Positions 34,923 to 48,796 of a stretch of 64,000 bases of DNA are shown piece after piece (position 1 is the first letter of the stretch; each line of letters opens with the position of its first letter). The position numbers and the translations under genes were made by a program. The stretch lies in the NCBI GenBank assembly GCA_010015585.1, contig ML975149.1. One strand, given 5' to 3'. This DNA is from Eremomyces bilateralis CBS 781.70 (taxonomy: Eukaryota). The notes under the pieces are model-generated. The model made no database searches. It was not told the origin of the DNA and worked only from the letters and a program-made list of their open reading frames with translations.

Positions 34923-36847
34923 ATGAATTGTCCTTCGAGAACCGACGACACTATCCTCCATCCCGGCTGGAATCAGAGCCCCCCGCACCTCGCCGCCGAT
35001 CTCACCACCCGTGAAGATTTCGGCGACGTTGCCAATGCGAGGGGGTTTTGGGACCATGACATGTCAGATGTGGAAGATGATCGTTTGCGTGGTTTAGGGA
35101 CGACAGGAACGCCGTTCGCCAATTCATCGCAAGGTCGAACAGGAGCGATCCTGGGTGGATGGGCGATGGGACGCGTGAATAGGGTGACAGAACTTATTGA
35201 CTCCTCGCCAAACGACCGTTTCTACTCCAAAAAGCACGGGCACTATCAAACGGATCTTCCAAACGGAGATGAGAAAATCTCCAGCGGTGCTAGCCGTGGG
35301 GGTAGAAAATCTATCTCTGATGTATTGCAGAACCGGCTCTCCGCATTCTGGCAGACTCGAAATCTACTATTCATTTCCTTATTATTTAATGTTGCGGCCA
35401 TTTTCCATATGACTGGTCAGGATACCCCTCAATCTACCAGGTTCTCCGATAAATTTGGTAGGATATTTGGTAAGACCCTCGAGTTTGAGAGAAGTAGAAC
35501 ACGAACTGACCGAGCTATAGGAGTCCATGGCCCTAAAGGGGAATGGAATATTGCCCCTTTGAGGAAGAGAGGGACCTGCGCAAGCGGAGGTGGAAATCGG
35601 GTCGATTACAATCTTCCCCTCCACGTCGGCGCCGTCTTCATCATCCTCTTCGTTTCTGGATCCGCATGCGCGTTCCCTATGCTGGCGATGAAGTTCCCAC
35701 GCCTTCGAATCCCCCCTACCTTTCTCTTCTGCGCCCGTCATTTCGGCACCGGAGTCCTTCTCGCGACGGCGTTCGTGCATCTGCTCCCGACGGGTTTCAT
35801 CCTCTTAGGCGACCCATGTCTCTCCGGCTTCTGGACGAACGATTACCCCGCCATGCCCGGCGCCATCGCCTTGGCTGCGGTGTTCTTCGTCACGATCATC
35901 GAAATGGTGTTCAGTCCTGCTCAGCACATGTGCAGTGGAGACCAGCGCATGGAGGCCATCGTCCGCCAGCCATCGAACGCAAACCGGGAAGCGGAACCCT
36001 CAGAGGAAACGTTATCTCCGAGACTTGAATCGAGACACGGCTGGACTTCTCCGGTGCGGGTCAAAGGCCCGCTCATTGGCCGGAGGAACAGCTTCAGTCG
36101 GCGGCTCACGCAGCTGGGGGAGGAGAACGAGACGTTAGACCAGATTGACATCGGTCAGCCGGCGATTGAAACCACCGAACCCAAGGAAAAACTCGACCTG
36201 GAGAGCTCCAAAAGCAGTGTGCCAGGCCTGTCCCTTACGGACGAGCAGAAAAACAGGAAGGGGATTCTACAATGCGTGCTTTTGGAAGTGGGCATTTTAT
36301 TTCACAGCGTTTTCATTGGGATGGCGCTCAGCGTGTCTCGTGGAAACGAATTCGTGATTCTGCTGATTGCGATCACGTTTCATCGTTAGTATCCTCCCCA
36401 GAGGCGTATAAGACATAAACTAACTTAGTGCTGCAGAAACCTTTGAAGGCCTCGCGCTCGGCTCACGCATCGCCTCTCTATCATGGCCAAAGAATACGGG
36501 CAAGCCGTGGCTCATGGCCTTGGCGTATGGCTGCACGTAAGTTATACCACGCGATTATTCACTACACCACATTCTAAGCCCCAAACAGTACCCCAATCGG
36601 TCAAGCGATCGGTCTCGCAACCCACACGCTCTACGACCCCGACTCGGAAGTCGGCCTCCTCCTAGTCGGGATCATGAACGCCATATCCGCCGGCCTTCTC
36701 GTCTACGCATCGCTGGTCGAGCTCCTTTCCGAGGACTTCCTCAGCGACGAGAGCTGGCGCGTGCTCCGGGGTAAGCGACGCGTATGGGCATGTGTTCTGG
36801 TGTTTTTCGGCGCGTTTGGGATGAGCTTGGTTGGCGCTTGGGCTTAG
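34923..36847 (+). CDS. ZIP-family zinc/iron transporter with long N-terminal extension
   Basis: YNLPLHVGAVFIIL, RHFGTGVLLATAFVHLLP, LEVGILFHSVFIG, FHQTFEGLALG, LVELLSEDF; introns about 36386-36436 and 36537-36588; CCCAAGGTAACC about 120 bp upstream. Confidence 0.92.
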
Positions 36848-37445
36848 AGATCCGGGACTTTTGATGATATTTACGAATGGCCATGGGAGGTACCCATGTG
36901 GCGTCTAGGAATGACATTGATATAGCGGGCATTTGGGATTATATGAGTAGCACGCTCCGGAACGGTATTGGGGGGTTTTGGACTGTATGTATGCCCAATG
37001 GCCTACACAAGATTTAATAATATGAATAGGGAATCCATAAAATATTTCCTGACTGAGCGAGTCAAGTGAGGGGGGTTCAACGCAGACACCAAAAACGTAT
37101 TTATTAAAGCCAACATGAACCGAGACGTACGTAGCAAATTAGATAAAGTAAGATTAGTTAGGGGATTGAGCTCTCGTCACTGGCAGGGCTGATTGACGTC
37201 ACACCTACTAGCCGGGGTGAGTATGCGGGGCAGGGCGGGCTGCTAACCGGGGCTGTACTTCCGTTTGAATGATGTGACTATCGGACCGATCAGGAAAACA
37301 ATAATAAAGATCAGCAGAACCCTATTAGATTGGTAAGCCCACTCATGCTATAAAGTCGGATGAATACAAACATTATTCTACTATAACCTCAACTGATCCA
37401 ATTCGAAGCCCTCAAACCTTTCCGTGATCACCAATTCCAGCAACC

Positions 37446-38297
37446 ATGTCGCACCGCATCCTTCTCATCGGCGGCCACGGAAAAGTGGCCCAGCTGCTCA
37501 CTCCCTTACTCCTCCAACGGTCCTGGAGCGTGACCTCCATGATCCGAAGCCAAGAGCAAGAACCCACCATCCTCAAGTTGGGAGAAAACCAACCGGGGAA
37601 GCTGGACGTCCTGATTTCCAGCGTCGAGGATGTCGGCTCCGAGGCAGACGCGTCGGCCATCATCAAGAAAGTGAATCCTGACTGGATCGTGTGGAGTGCT
37701 GGTGAGTAGACTTCACCATCCAATGGCTTGATTCTTGGATAAACACGTTACATTGTGCCACTACTTAATACGATTCTAGGCGCCGGCGGTTCCGGCGGTC
37801 CATCCCGCACCCACGCCATCGACAACGTCGCCGCATCAGCTTTCTCCACCGCCGCCGCCGCCACCCCCTCCGTCAAGAAGTTCCTAAACATTTCCTACAT
37901 CGGATCCCGCCGCAACCGCGCCCCCTGGTGGTCCGACTCGGAGTGGGCCGCCGCTCAAGCCGTCAACGAAGGCGCCCTAAAAGCCTACCACATCGCCAAG
38001 CTGGCCGCTGACGAGGCGCTGATCGCAGCACGCAAGACGCGAGGAGCGGATTTTGCGGGGATCGGTTTGAGGCCGGGGGCACTGACGGATGGGGATGCGA
38101 CGAATGGGGTGAGCTTGGGGAAGATTAAGGCGCGGGGAGGGGTGAGTCGCCAGAAGGTGGCAGAGGTGGTGGCGGAGGTGTTGGATAGTGAGTATCCCGG
38201 AGGGTGGTTGGATTTGTTGGCGGGGGAGGACTCGGTGGGGGATGCGGTAGCGAGGTGTGTTAGGGAGAAGGTGGACTGCTATGAGGGGGAGGCTTAA
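37446..38297 (+). CDS. NAD(P)-binding Rossmann protein (NAD_binding_10 / YMR090W-like)
   Basis: ILLIGGHGKVA, WIVWSAGAGG, YHIAKLAADE, LRPGALTD; one intron about 37702-37779. Confidence 0.88.
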
Positions 38298-38681
38298 AAA
38301 AAGGGTACGGATTTGGACGCCGTTCAAAAGTCAGAAAGGCAGTGCCAAACAGTCAGGACGGGATATGTACGGGAGATGCACGTTTAGTCATATCACATGG
38401 ATAGTCATTGGACGTAGGATAGGGGAATATCCTGGCATCGGACCAGTTGAATGGCAAAATTGATATGGTACTGCAGCGCTGATTATGAAGGAAGAATTTT
38501 TTTTGGATTGATCTGCGTAGTAATTCAGGGAGCGTATTAAACGCACCGAGCTTCAGTGACATGTTTCTCAATATGTAGACGACTGTTAATTAGACGTGTA
38601 GAGATTCAGTAGAAGACCGCTTCCACGCCATTATCCCCTGCTCTGGTTATTCCCAGTGGCAATAGATTAGCAGAGCCTGTA

Positions 38682-39227
38682 TTACACCTTTAGTTCGCAG
38701 GACATGGAGCGAGCACAGGAACTTACCATGCTACTGGCTGCGCACGAAACCGCGTCCGCATGATTTTTGAAACAGGTCGCGAGGTCCCACCCCGGACAGT
38801 CCAGGGAGCCAATGACTTCGTTATCCCCGGCCCCGTTGAAGTTCTCCACGGTTTGAGTGTATCGGCAGTTCTTCCCCCAGACCGGAATGTTGTTGTAGAA
38901 CGTGGACGGCGTCATGATGGCGCTCGCTCGCATCCATTCGGGCGTGGTTTGGCAAATCGCTTCGAGGTTATTAATCGGGTAATGGTAGGAGAACCCCTCG
39001 TGGAAGTAGCCCATACCCGACGCGTTCGGCATGGTCACAAAAATCCCGGCCTGCGGATATTTTCCTTCGGCGCTATGCGGGGGCTCGCAGTCCCCGACAG
39101 GACAATGGGGAAGAGTCTGGCGTCTGGCGAGCACAGCTGCCGCTGCAGCATGGACCCGGCTGAAATCGAATGCGGCCACGAGGAGCAGAGACACCATTAG
39201 ATACCGGAGTTTGGGCCATGAACGCAT
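38682..39227 (-). CDS. Small secreted cysteine-rich protein
   Basis: Hydrophobic signal (YLMVSLLLVAAF), RR processing site, nine Cys in the ~145-aa mature part. The start codon choice is uncertain. Confidence 0.65.
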   Translation of the reverse strand: MRSWPKLRYLMVSLLLVAAFDFSRVHAAAAAVLARRQTLPHCPVGDCEPPHSAEGKYPQAGIFVTMPNASGMGYFHEGFSYHYPINNLEAICQTTPEWMRASAIMTPSTFYNNIPVWGKNCRYTQTVENFNGAGDNEVIGSLDCPGWDLATCFKNHADAVSCAASSMVSSCARSMSCELKV

Positions 39228-40909
39228 GGTTTGGAGACCAGCTATGGGCAGGGGCAGGAAAGACTGCATGTCTTGATATATTCCTGTGGAGCTTCTGCAT
39301 GGAAGAAATGAGATGGTCGATTGAGAACTTGCCAGGGCTTTGAGGCAAATACTGATACTTAATTGACCTTATATGCATGCTTCAATTGCATGAAGAGTGG
39401 CCTGCGGCATTAGGTCGCGAGATTGAGGGAGTTTGCTTTGAATATCGGATACCGTAATCATGCGACTTAGCGAAAGGGGACGAAGTAAAAGAACTACCCC
39501 TGGCCAGAAAAGATGATGTACCACCAGCGTGATGACGGATGTTACGATACGGAATCTGGCCCGCTGTAACTCAGGTACAAACCACTCAAAAAGTCCCAAT
39601 GCATGTCATTGTCCAACTATGTTGTTCATAGTACGCTTGCGGCTCAAATATGTGCTATTCCAAATATTTGGCGATGCGGTATGGCGAGTCTGGTACGATG
39701 GAGAACCTTTCCGTCGGCATCGCTCTTCATTACTGTTCCATCCGAGTATTGTAGGAACTGAGCTATCGTTCTGGTACACCCGGCAGTCTCCAAATGCAGT
39801 TGAGCCTGATTGACATTTGGCTATAGCCACGAAGTAGCCCATTAAGGTAGCTTCTCGGCCAGAATGGGAACAGTACCGTATTGATCGATAGCTGGCGCTG
39901 CTAGTATAGGTTGATTATTCGCCCGCTGTGACATTTGAGAAGCTTGTTGCTAGTTGACTATTGCGGTACTCGTAGTTCAACTTGATCAGGGCCGGACAGA
40001 GAGCTCAACGGGACAGTGGTAAAAGCCTCTCGATTGCCCCCTGGCCACGGTGCACAAGGACTGGCAATACTGAAAGGAATGAGCTGGTTCCTTTGTAGGT
40101 ATGTACAGTAATTGAAAATGACTTGAGGTATTAACGGAAAGCGGTAAGAACACATGTACAACTTCATAGACAGTGTGTAAACTGCAAACTATAGACACAT
40201 AAGTGAAAGGGTGACGTATTTACCCGCCTGGGCCGCCACCGTGGAATCCACAACGACACGTTTAATTATGGGGTTCTCTTACTCTCCGTGGAGTCACCAC
40301 TCAACAGGTATTGCATGCAAGTATACCTCGAAGATAAGCGTGAATGCACCGATTGGATGCTCAGACACTCTAATAAACAAAGACTAAGTTAGGCGCCCGA
40401 TATTGGTAAGTCAAAATCTCCGAGTCCTTGAGGATCGAACAATACGAGGAGGTTTACTATTGTCATTATTGTTGAGGACGCGTTGACAAGAATGAGTTGG
40501 ATGATCACATGCTGAATTGTGGTAATGACCGGCTGACTAAGAGCACCCTATGACCTCACAACATGTGGAAACATCAAAACACCTCCGTTCATCCTTGACC
40601 CTTCTCGATATCTCTTGCGATGAGAGGAACACAGATCACCTCCGGCTCCGTACCATACAGGTAAGGCTCGACACTCACCAGTCACCACTGTTTTTATGCT
40701 GGCGCCTGTTGCGATATCAGGTTTATTCGTATAGTATACGATGAATCGTTACTTCCAAAATATTCTGCCCTTAGCGGCATCGATTGCCTCTGATACCTTA
40801 TGTACCAATACTTGACCGCTTCTCTTAAGATCCCTCGCCACCGTCAACTACATTCCTTAGATAAGAGAATGTTCCTTTAAACCGAATTTCCTTCTCCATC
40901 CTCGACATC

Positions 40910-42464
40910 ATGTCATTCATATGGCATAAACTGCCCAGCTCTGCCCAGCATGTCCTGGTTCGAACATCCATTCTCGCGCTCCGAGCCATCACCCCTCTCA
41001 GCATCCTATATTGTTCATACTCCTTCTACCATTTCCCTCAAGGCCCTGCCCTACAGTCCCTCGCCAGCTATGCCTTTCTCGAGACCGCCTTCTACCTGTT
41101 CGTCTACCTTCCCTTCAGCATCTACCTCCAACGCGCCGCCCGCCACCCCGAAGATATGTCCACCGCGAACCGCGAGGTGCTCTTCAACCGATGCATGGAC
41201 ACCATCGAAAACCCTGACCAGTATCTGCGAAAGTGGTTCCGGAATGGCGACCTGGATGAAATCAAACGCGAGAATGTGAAGGAGTTCCTACTCTGGGCAT
41301 TCTGGAATGCGGACAAGCCGGATGGCGTGCACGAGGAGGAGCTGGAGAAGTACTGCGATGGGGTGGAGAAGAAACTGGGGAGGAAACTCGCCCCGGGACG
41401 GGGCAAGGCTAAGAGCTTGAGATTGACGCTGGACGATGTGGAGATGCTCAATCGCCCACTGTTCTGGTACATTGTGAGTGTACATACCCCTCGGAATATT
41501 CGAGCGAACACTGACCAGGCTGTAGCTCATCGGCTTCCTCGACGCCATCGTGGGCGTCCGACTGCTGTTTTCCGGGTTCCGCTTTTACCGCGTTCCTCTA
41601 CGCCGCCTCCCCCTGACCTTCCCCTTTCGTGTTTTCTCCCTCTTTGCTCGCCGCCGATCAGAAGCGCAAAGCATATCCTACTGGTATAGACCCCACACCT
41701 CGAAAACTCGACTGCCTGTCGTTTTCATTCATGGGATGGGCATTGGTCTATATCCGTACGTCGATTTCCTTGGCGGCATAGCTCGTGCGGACTATGGCGT
41801 GGGCGTTGAAGGCCAGGTCGGCATCATCGCGTTGGAGATCATGCCGATAAGCGCTCGAATCACCACCGCGAAGCTCTCGCGTGACGACCTTGCCAAAGAG
41901 GTCCAGGCCATCCTCGATTCTCACGGCTGGTCGAAGTTTGTCCTCGTAGCGAACTCCTACGGCACGGTGATCACGTCGCAACTGCTCAAATCGCCGAAGA
42001 TGGCGGCGAGGGTGGGACCGATGCTGCTCATTGATCCGGTGGTGTTCCTCCTCCATCTGCCGGACGTTGCCTATAATGTCGTGGTGCGCAAACCCACGCT
42101 CACGAACGAATACGTGCTGTACTACTTCGCCGCGAAGGACATGGGAGTGGCGCATACCCTGCATCGACGATTCTTCTGGACGGAGAACATCCTGTGGACG
42201 GAAGACGTGGCCGGGATGGACGTCACCGTATCCTTGGCGGGTGAGGATATCATCGTGAATGCTCCCGCGGTCGGGAAATACCTGGCGCGAGACAAAAATA
42301 CGGACTGGAGAAACACCTATCTGACCGGGAGTGGGCTGGAGGTAGTCTGGTTCGACCATTTCGATCACGCGGATGTCTTCGTCCAAAAAGAAGCCCTGAA
42401 GAAATTGGTCGACGTTATCGTTCAGTATTGCCAGAAAGGACAGCCATTGATAGATGTGCCATAG
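40910..42464 (+). CDS. Conserved fungal alpha/beta-hydrolase-fold membrane protein
   Basis: N-terminal TM, IKRENVKEFLLWAF, SYWYRPH, PVVFIHGMGIGLYPY, NSYGT, LIDPV, FDHAD; one intron about 41474-41525. Confidence 0.85.
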
Positions 42465-42663
42465 AATTATTACAACTACCTCAACGGAATTGGACCACGG
42501 CGCGGACGACACAGGAGAGATTTTTTTGGTGAAGAAAGCGCTCGATTATTGTAAGGTGCAGCGTGGTATATCAACTATCGACAACGCCGGAGTTCCAATG
42601 CTACAAATCGTCTATTCTAACGATAAGCCGAAATAGAAGGAAAGCGAGCCTTCCTTTCGTTCA

Positions 42664-45563
42664 CTACTCCTGCCACTCGGGGTTCTGTACTTCAGTCAGC
42701 TTGTCGAACTAGTAAATCGCATCGGTAGGAAGCCTTACCTTTCGTAGAATGACCACGTTCTCCAGCGTACTGCTGAGATTGATATACTGCTCATCCTCCA
42801 ACTCCGCCCGCTCACCATAGGCCAGCAGCACCGGCGTGCTCTGTGTCTGCCATCCGGTGATCGTCTTCGGTCGCCCAGCCTGCCCCACGATATCTACCGC
42901 CTGGCCCACGCGCACGTTGACGGTCACCGGCTTCAGCTCCTCGTCGAGGGTGATCAAGAAGCGCGGATGGATGGCGGCGACAAGGAAGTACAGCAGCCAA
43001 TGCGAGTCGGCGAGGATGAACTGCTTCGCGTCGATGAGCGAGACGAGCACGGTGAGCAGGCTGGCGGCGCCGACGCGGGAGAGGACTTGGCGGTCTGTGT
43101 GGAACGGGCTCACGGAGAGGGTGCCCTTGCCCATGTGCACCAGTCCCTGGGCGATGCGGACCATGAATAGCGCGTTGGCATCGCGGTGGTAGTAGCTGGC
43201 TAGCTGGCGGAGGAGTTGGGCGAGGCGAGCGTTGTTGGTTCCGGCGCCCGACAGGCCCATGGCGAAGATGGCGTTGATCGCGACGTCGTTGTCATTGTCG
43301 TGGCTGTATCGAGAAAGTGTATCGTAGACCTTCATCTGCGGGTTGCTGGGGCTGATGAGACCCATAGCAAGGGGCACGGCTTTGCGGATATTGGCTTCGC
43401 CGTAATGCATGAGATGCGCGAATTGGCGCAAGACCATATCCTGGCCAATGTCTTCGCCCATGGCAACAAGCGAGAGACCGATGACGGCATACGCCTGGAG
43501 AAGCTCATCGCCCTTCTTTTCTTCGCTCTCGTCTTCGATGGGCTCATTGCAGATGTGCAGAAGCTGCTGCAACTTCAATACCGCTCCGGTGCCGGCCCAG
43601 GCACAGACTTCCGCCAACACCGAGCTTGGCTTCGACATCGGATGGTCAATAGCCTTGAGGGTCTCGAGAATGACATCGACCTCCTCCTGCTGACCAAAAT
43701 AGAGAAGCGCAAGTCCCAGGGCCATGAACCGTGTCCACTTGTCCTTGAGTTGAGGCTGCCTGTCATCGTCAAGGAACGTCTGAATGATGGCTTCACTGAT
43801 GTCGCTCTGTGCAGATCCGACGAAGACGAGACCCAGAGCAAGGGCGGTCATGGCGGAGATTTGCATGTCGCAATCGGTGTCGGTGATTTGAGGGAGCAGA
43901 ATGTCGAGAAGCTCTTGCTTGTTCGATCCTGCGTATGCGAGTCCAAGCCCCATGATGGAGGCCACGCGGATGTTGACGTTCTTGGAACTCACGGCATTCT
44001 CGTTGAGAAGGGCAATAGCAGGGTCGGACTCCATTCGCACACCGGAGTTGATGATGCCGGTAGCAAGAGCAGAACCGGCTTTGACATAGTCCTCGGGAAC
44101 ATATGTGTACGGGTCGATCTTGTCCAGGCCAGTCTCAACATCCCATTGCATCAGTAGGCCCATAGAGGCCGCTGTGGACATCATGCCCTCATCTTTAGTC
44201 TTGTAAACCCAGTTCGTCTTGCTATCTTGTCCGAGAAGCAGCTTGTCTTCTCCAAATCCAGCATTGACAAACGCATTCACAAAGGCACCAGCCAGGTTAT
44301 GTCTCGCCGAGTCCGTATTAGTCAAGCCTGCTGTCCTTGAGCTCTCAAGATGCGTTTTGTAGATATCGTCGGGAGTCTTGGGGTCAAGGATGTTGAGTTC
44401 TTTCCCGAGAGCCTTGAAATGTTCCGGTAGCTTCGTGTTGTTCAAACAGTCAGCTAGCTCCGGATCATCGTCCTCACCCTCTGGAAGATCCAATTGAATC
44501 CGTTGTCTGGCAACCAAGAAGGCCATTTGTCGTCGAATCGACCGGTCTTGTGTCGAGTTGAATGCTTCTTCGATGAGGTTGCGGTCGTTGAGGCGGATTG
44601 CGAGTACAATGGCTTGCGTGAATTGTTTGTACTCCCGGTAAATCGAGTATGCCGTTCTCAAGAATCGATCGTTGTCCGGATACGTAAGTAATGGAACCAT
44701 GCTGTCATACGTGAGTAGAGGCCATGAATCCAGGTGAATAAACGTACCTGACCATGTAGAGGCATACTCTCGAATAGGTATCCTTGTCCAAGTACTGTGT
44801 GATCTGTTCAATCATCTCCATATCGCTGAGGATGTCCACAGCATCTGCCTCTGCATTGTGCTTGAGACAGAATGGAACCAAAGTCAACGCAAGGTCCGTC
44901 AAATCCTCCGTTGCCTGTTCCTCGTTCAGTCTGCTTTGGTATTCCTGCCCGATTTCCAGCGCAAGATGTCGCATGTATTCGTGTCCCCAGGAACCCAGAT
45001 CTTTTGATGGACAAAGTAACCGGTATTTCAAGGTCTCTCGCCTATCCTCGTCTGTATGGGTCATTCCCAATACTGAGAGCATGTCCGCCAGGGATGATTT
45101 GGCTTCTCCGTCCGCCCAACCTTCATACGCCTTTTCCAAGCTCTCATAGTGCGGTCGGAGGAACTTTAGGGGTTTTGGTACGGCGGTCATGGATGATGTT
45201 GAGGTCTTGATGAAGTTCTTGATGGCGTCCACAGCCGGTATGTATAGGCTCGTGTCAGATTCCTGGTATTTGATTAGCTTCCTGCTTCTGCTATCAACTA
45301 TGGACCAACCTGTATTCTTTCCACAAGCATCTCCAGCTCCTCTTTGAGCTTCTGGTCTTCCTCACTCAGCTCCTCTGAAGTATGATGTTAGTCAGGCCTT
45401 TCGGTAGCTCACACAGGCACATACCGGCTGGCAGATTGAGATCATCTTTGTCCTTGGTATCTTTCTCCGCCTCAACTCCAGGTTGAGTGTCCTTGCCTTC
45501 CTCGACCTTGCCTTTGCCCTTGTCGGCCGCTTGAGGCTTCTCTTCATCCTTCGATGGCGGCAT
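42664..45563 (-). CDS. RPN1: 26S proteasome regulatory subunit Rpn1
   Basis: TSTSSMTAVPKPLKFLRPHY, DSARHNLA, PC repeats, VRVGQAVDIVGQAGRPKTITGWQTQSTPVLL; multi-exon. Confidence 0.97.
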
Positions 45564-45948
45564 ATTCGGGGATGTGGTATGGGTCAGATATCAGCGGATT
45601 CAAGCACAGAACAACAGATAGGTAGCTCTCTCTGTATGGGATTTGAGTTGAGCTACAATATGGGTTGTGGGAGATGGAGAGCAATGGAGCAGAATGAATG
45701 TTTGAGATGTGGACTGGAGGCTCTTGTCGCGCTGCGTGTTGCTGATGAAAGCTGCTTGAGTCGCCCCCGGCATGGAGCCTTGTAGCCTTGCAGCCTCATA
45801 CAATATGCACAGACCACCCAAACCTCACGTCCCCACAGAAATTATCGCGATACAAGAACTTCAGTTCCGCACTCGATATGACTTTGACGATGAGGATTGG
45901 TGAAATTACAAAGACCCATTCAAGTTGTGAAATCACATTTCTTTCAAG

Positions 45949-47386
45949 ATGAAGTTAGATACAAAAGCAATGAGATACCTCAACTCTGAGGATTGGAGGG
46001 TCCTGACCGCAGTAAGTAAACTACCCCTTCGAGCCCAGAATGCCATATATTAAGCCTCAACAGGTCGAAATGGGAAGCAGAAACCACGAAGTTGTGCCAA
46101 CTCCCCTGATAGGCCAAATTTCCGGGCTTCGTGGTGGCAGCGGCGTCAACAGAAGCATAGCAAATCTCGCCAAAGTAGGCTTGATCGGCAGGGTCAAGAA
46201 CGCAAGATATGACGGATACAGGCTTACCTATGGCGGGCTGGACTACCTCGCACTCAATGCCCACCGGAAGCACGACACTATCTACAGCGTTGGTACCAGA
46301 GTCGGAGTCGGCAAAGAGTCAGATATCTATGCCGCTTGTACCCCTGGGGGCACCCGTATCATCCTAAAGATCCACCGACTAGGGCGCATTTCATTTCGAC
46401 AAGTGAAGCAGACCCGAGATTATTTAAGAGGGCGATCTGCCGGCTCTTGGATGTACATGTCACGCCTTGCTGCTGTCAAGGAGCATATGTTCATGAAAGC
46501 TCTCTATGAAAACAATTTCCCTGTCCCGGAACCGCTTGGCCAAAGTCGACATACCGTTGTCATGAGTGAAATCGACGGATATCCAATGAGGCAAGTGGCA
46601 AAGGTCGCGGATCCCGCCGCATTATACGCCGACATCATTTCTATTCTCCTGCGACTAGCCAGGTATGGACTAATTCATTGCGATTTCAACGAGTTCAACA
46701 TTTTGCTCGAGGAAGTGCGAGAGACTACTTTGTCAGGGGACACACCACAAGAACCTACCAGCGCGGCAGGCCTCAGTCGGGATGATGAGCAGCCTGAGGA
46801 AGTTGTTACTGTCCGTCCGGTCGTCATTGATTTCCCTCAAATGGTCTCCATCGATCATTCAAATGCTGAGTACTACTTCGATCGCGATGTGGCATGCATC
46901 AAACGTTACTTCGAGCGTCGATATAATTTCATCAGTGATGAGCGTGGACCATTCTTTGCAGATGCTATCAAGGACGTGGGCAAAGATACCAAAATACCAC
47001 GATTGGATATTTCTGTGGAGGCCAGTGGGTTCAGCAAGAAGATGGCTAAAGAATTGGAAGCATATATGAAAGATATGGGTGTTGACGGAGATGGCCATGT
47101 CTCCAATGAGGAAGAGGATAGTGGTGATGACGAACGAGCAGAAGAGGAAGAAGACGAAGAAGAAGAGACGATGGAAGCCATCGAGTTGCAAGAGGAGACG
47201 GATGGCCAGCAGCCACGCGATTCAGAGGAAGTTCGCTCCGAAATTGACCAGTTGTCGAATCACTTCACGTCATCGACAGTCCTGGAGATTAAAAAGAACA
47301 ACGCAACGCGGATGCCGGATCAGTTTTCTGTTGCCGGTTCCACTGCTCGGAGCCGGCCCACGAAACCCGCTGGCTGGTCCATCTAG
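45949..47386 (+). CDS. RIO2: Atypical serine kinase Rio2 (40S maturation)
   Basis: MKLDTKAMRYL...WRVLTA/VEMGSRNHEVVP, GYRLTYGGLDYLAL, GVGKESD, IHCDFNEFN, IDFPQM; intron 46012-46063. Confidence 0.97.
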
Positions 47387-48796
47387 CCCACACTACACGC
47401 CTCAGCATTGCAGCAACTTCAGCAACCTTGCCATACCATATTGTTGGACTTCAGTGTTTCATCGACCCGATCCAGCGCCGACACCCTCTCCCCCTCTCCA
47501 CACGACACGACTTGTAGTGTGGCAAGGAGAGTTAACCCTAATTCCACTCGTACAATATCACCACCAAGCTTCGGAGCTTCTCATCATCTCGACATATTGG
47601 TTGGAAACTAGTCAATGGCGAGCTCGTCGTTCGACAACATCTAAAGATGAGAAAGACGGCCTCGTTCAAAAGTTGAAACCCACGATTGTCCATGACGACA
47701 ATCGGAGTTCCATCCTCTGTGTCTTGGGCTCGTAGCTTGGCTCGGCTCGAGTTTCGAGGACCTTTTCGAGTGGGTTATGGTCTATGGAGCTTCAGTGCTA
47801 TCGATCCACCACTGGATCCGTACGTTTTTGCCACGATAATCCTTCTAGTCTCGCACCGGACAAGGGAATCTCCAGGCATAAGGGTAGACTAGACGGAAGA
47901 CAGAATTCCATCGACAAGGAATCTCCTGAGTGGTGGGTAGGGCCCGAGAATGTACTAGGTGCTTCAGCTGCAATGGACGTCTGGCAGGAGAGGGGGTTTA
48001 CATATGACGGCATCGCTTTCATGCCATAACAGAAACATCTGCTTTGAGGCCCATGCTGGGTTATGGAACTACCGATGAGCTTCACACAGAAGAATACATG
48101 GGAAGCTACTCTCCTTATATCTTATAGCAGAAATACCCTACATCCAAGGTGGAAGAAATTGATCGCCCTTCGCCTTCGACGTGCACCCCTAACCTACTAA
48201 AACGGAGAATCGTATCGGCTCCCTAAATTAAAAGGAATAAAGAACTCTATATCTTTAAGAAAAGTAATAGGAGGCGAAAGCAGGCAACAGTTGAGAGTTC
48301 TCGACGCCATGGGGGTATGCTTCAGGGCCATCAATTTCTTCCTTCAGATACTGCCTCGTTCCAGCAGTAGACAATTAGCAAGTAGGAAGCCAACTGTCCG
48401 CACGACACGGAATATTACAATCCAATTCCATGAATTAAACAAATCAACATTGCGGGCCGGCCTATCAAACTACAATATCGGAGACGGGTATCCTCCTGTC
48501 ATCCTACGTTATCTATACAAGAACCCACGAAACCAATCGAAAGCCGTGTTTCCCGGTACCACCAGGGCTCTGCCGTAGCCCATTCTATGCGACGCGAGAT
48601 CCATCCGAGAGAAGCACCAGACCAAATTTTATAATACAGGGACGCCGTGAAGTAGGGGTTGGGATGGCGAGGAAGGCCAGGTCCAGTGAATCGCTTCCTA
48701 ATGAGGGCCGGACCAGAAGGGCCTGAAGGACGGTCAAGGGATATGGGACCGAAGGGGTTGATATATCGATCCAATCTCAAGCCGTATTCGACTACC

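Noticed and set aside
43216..44157. 313-aa antisense ORF and similar long shadow ORFs (e.g. 41748-42512, 50682-51383)
   Set aside because: They overlap well-supported genes and are expected from GC-rich codon bias.
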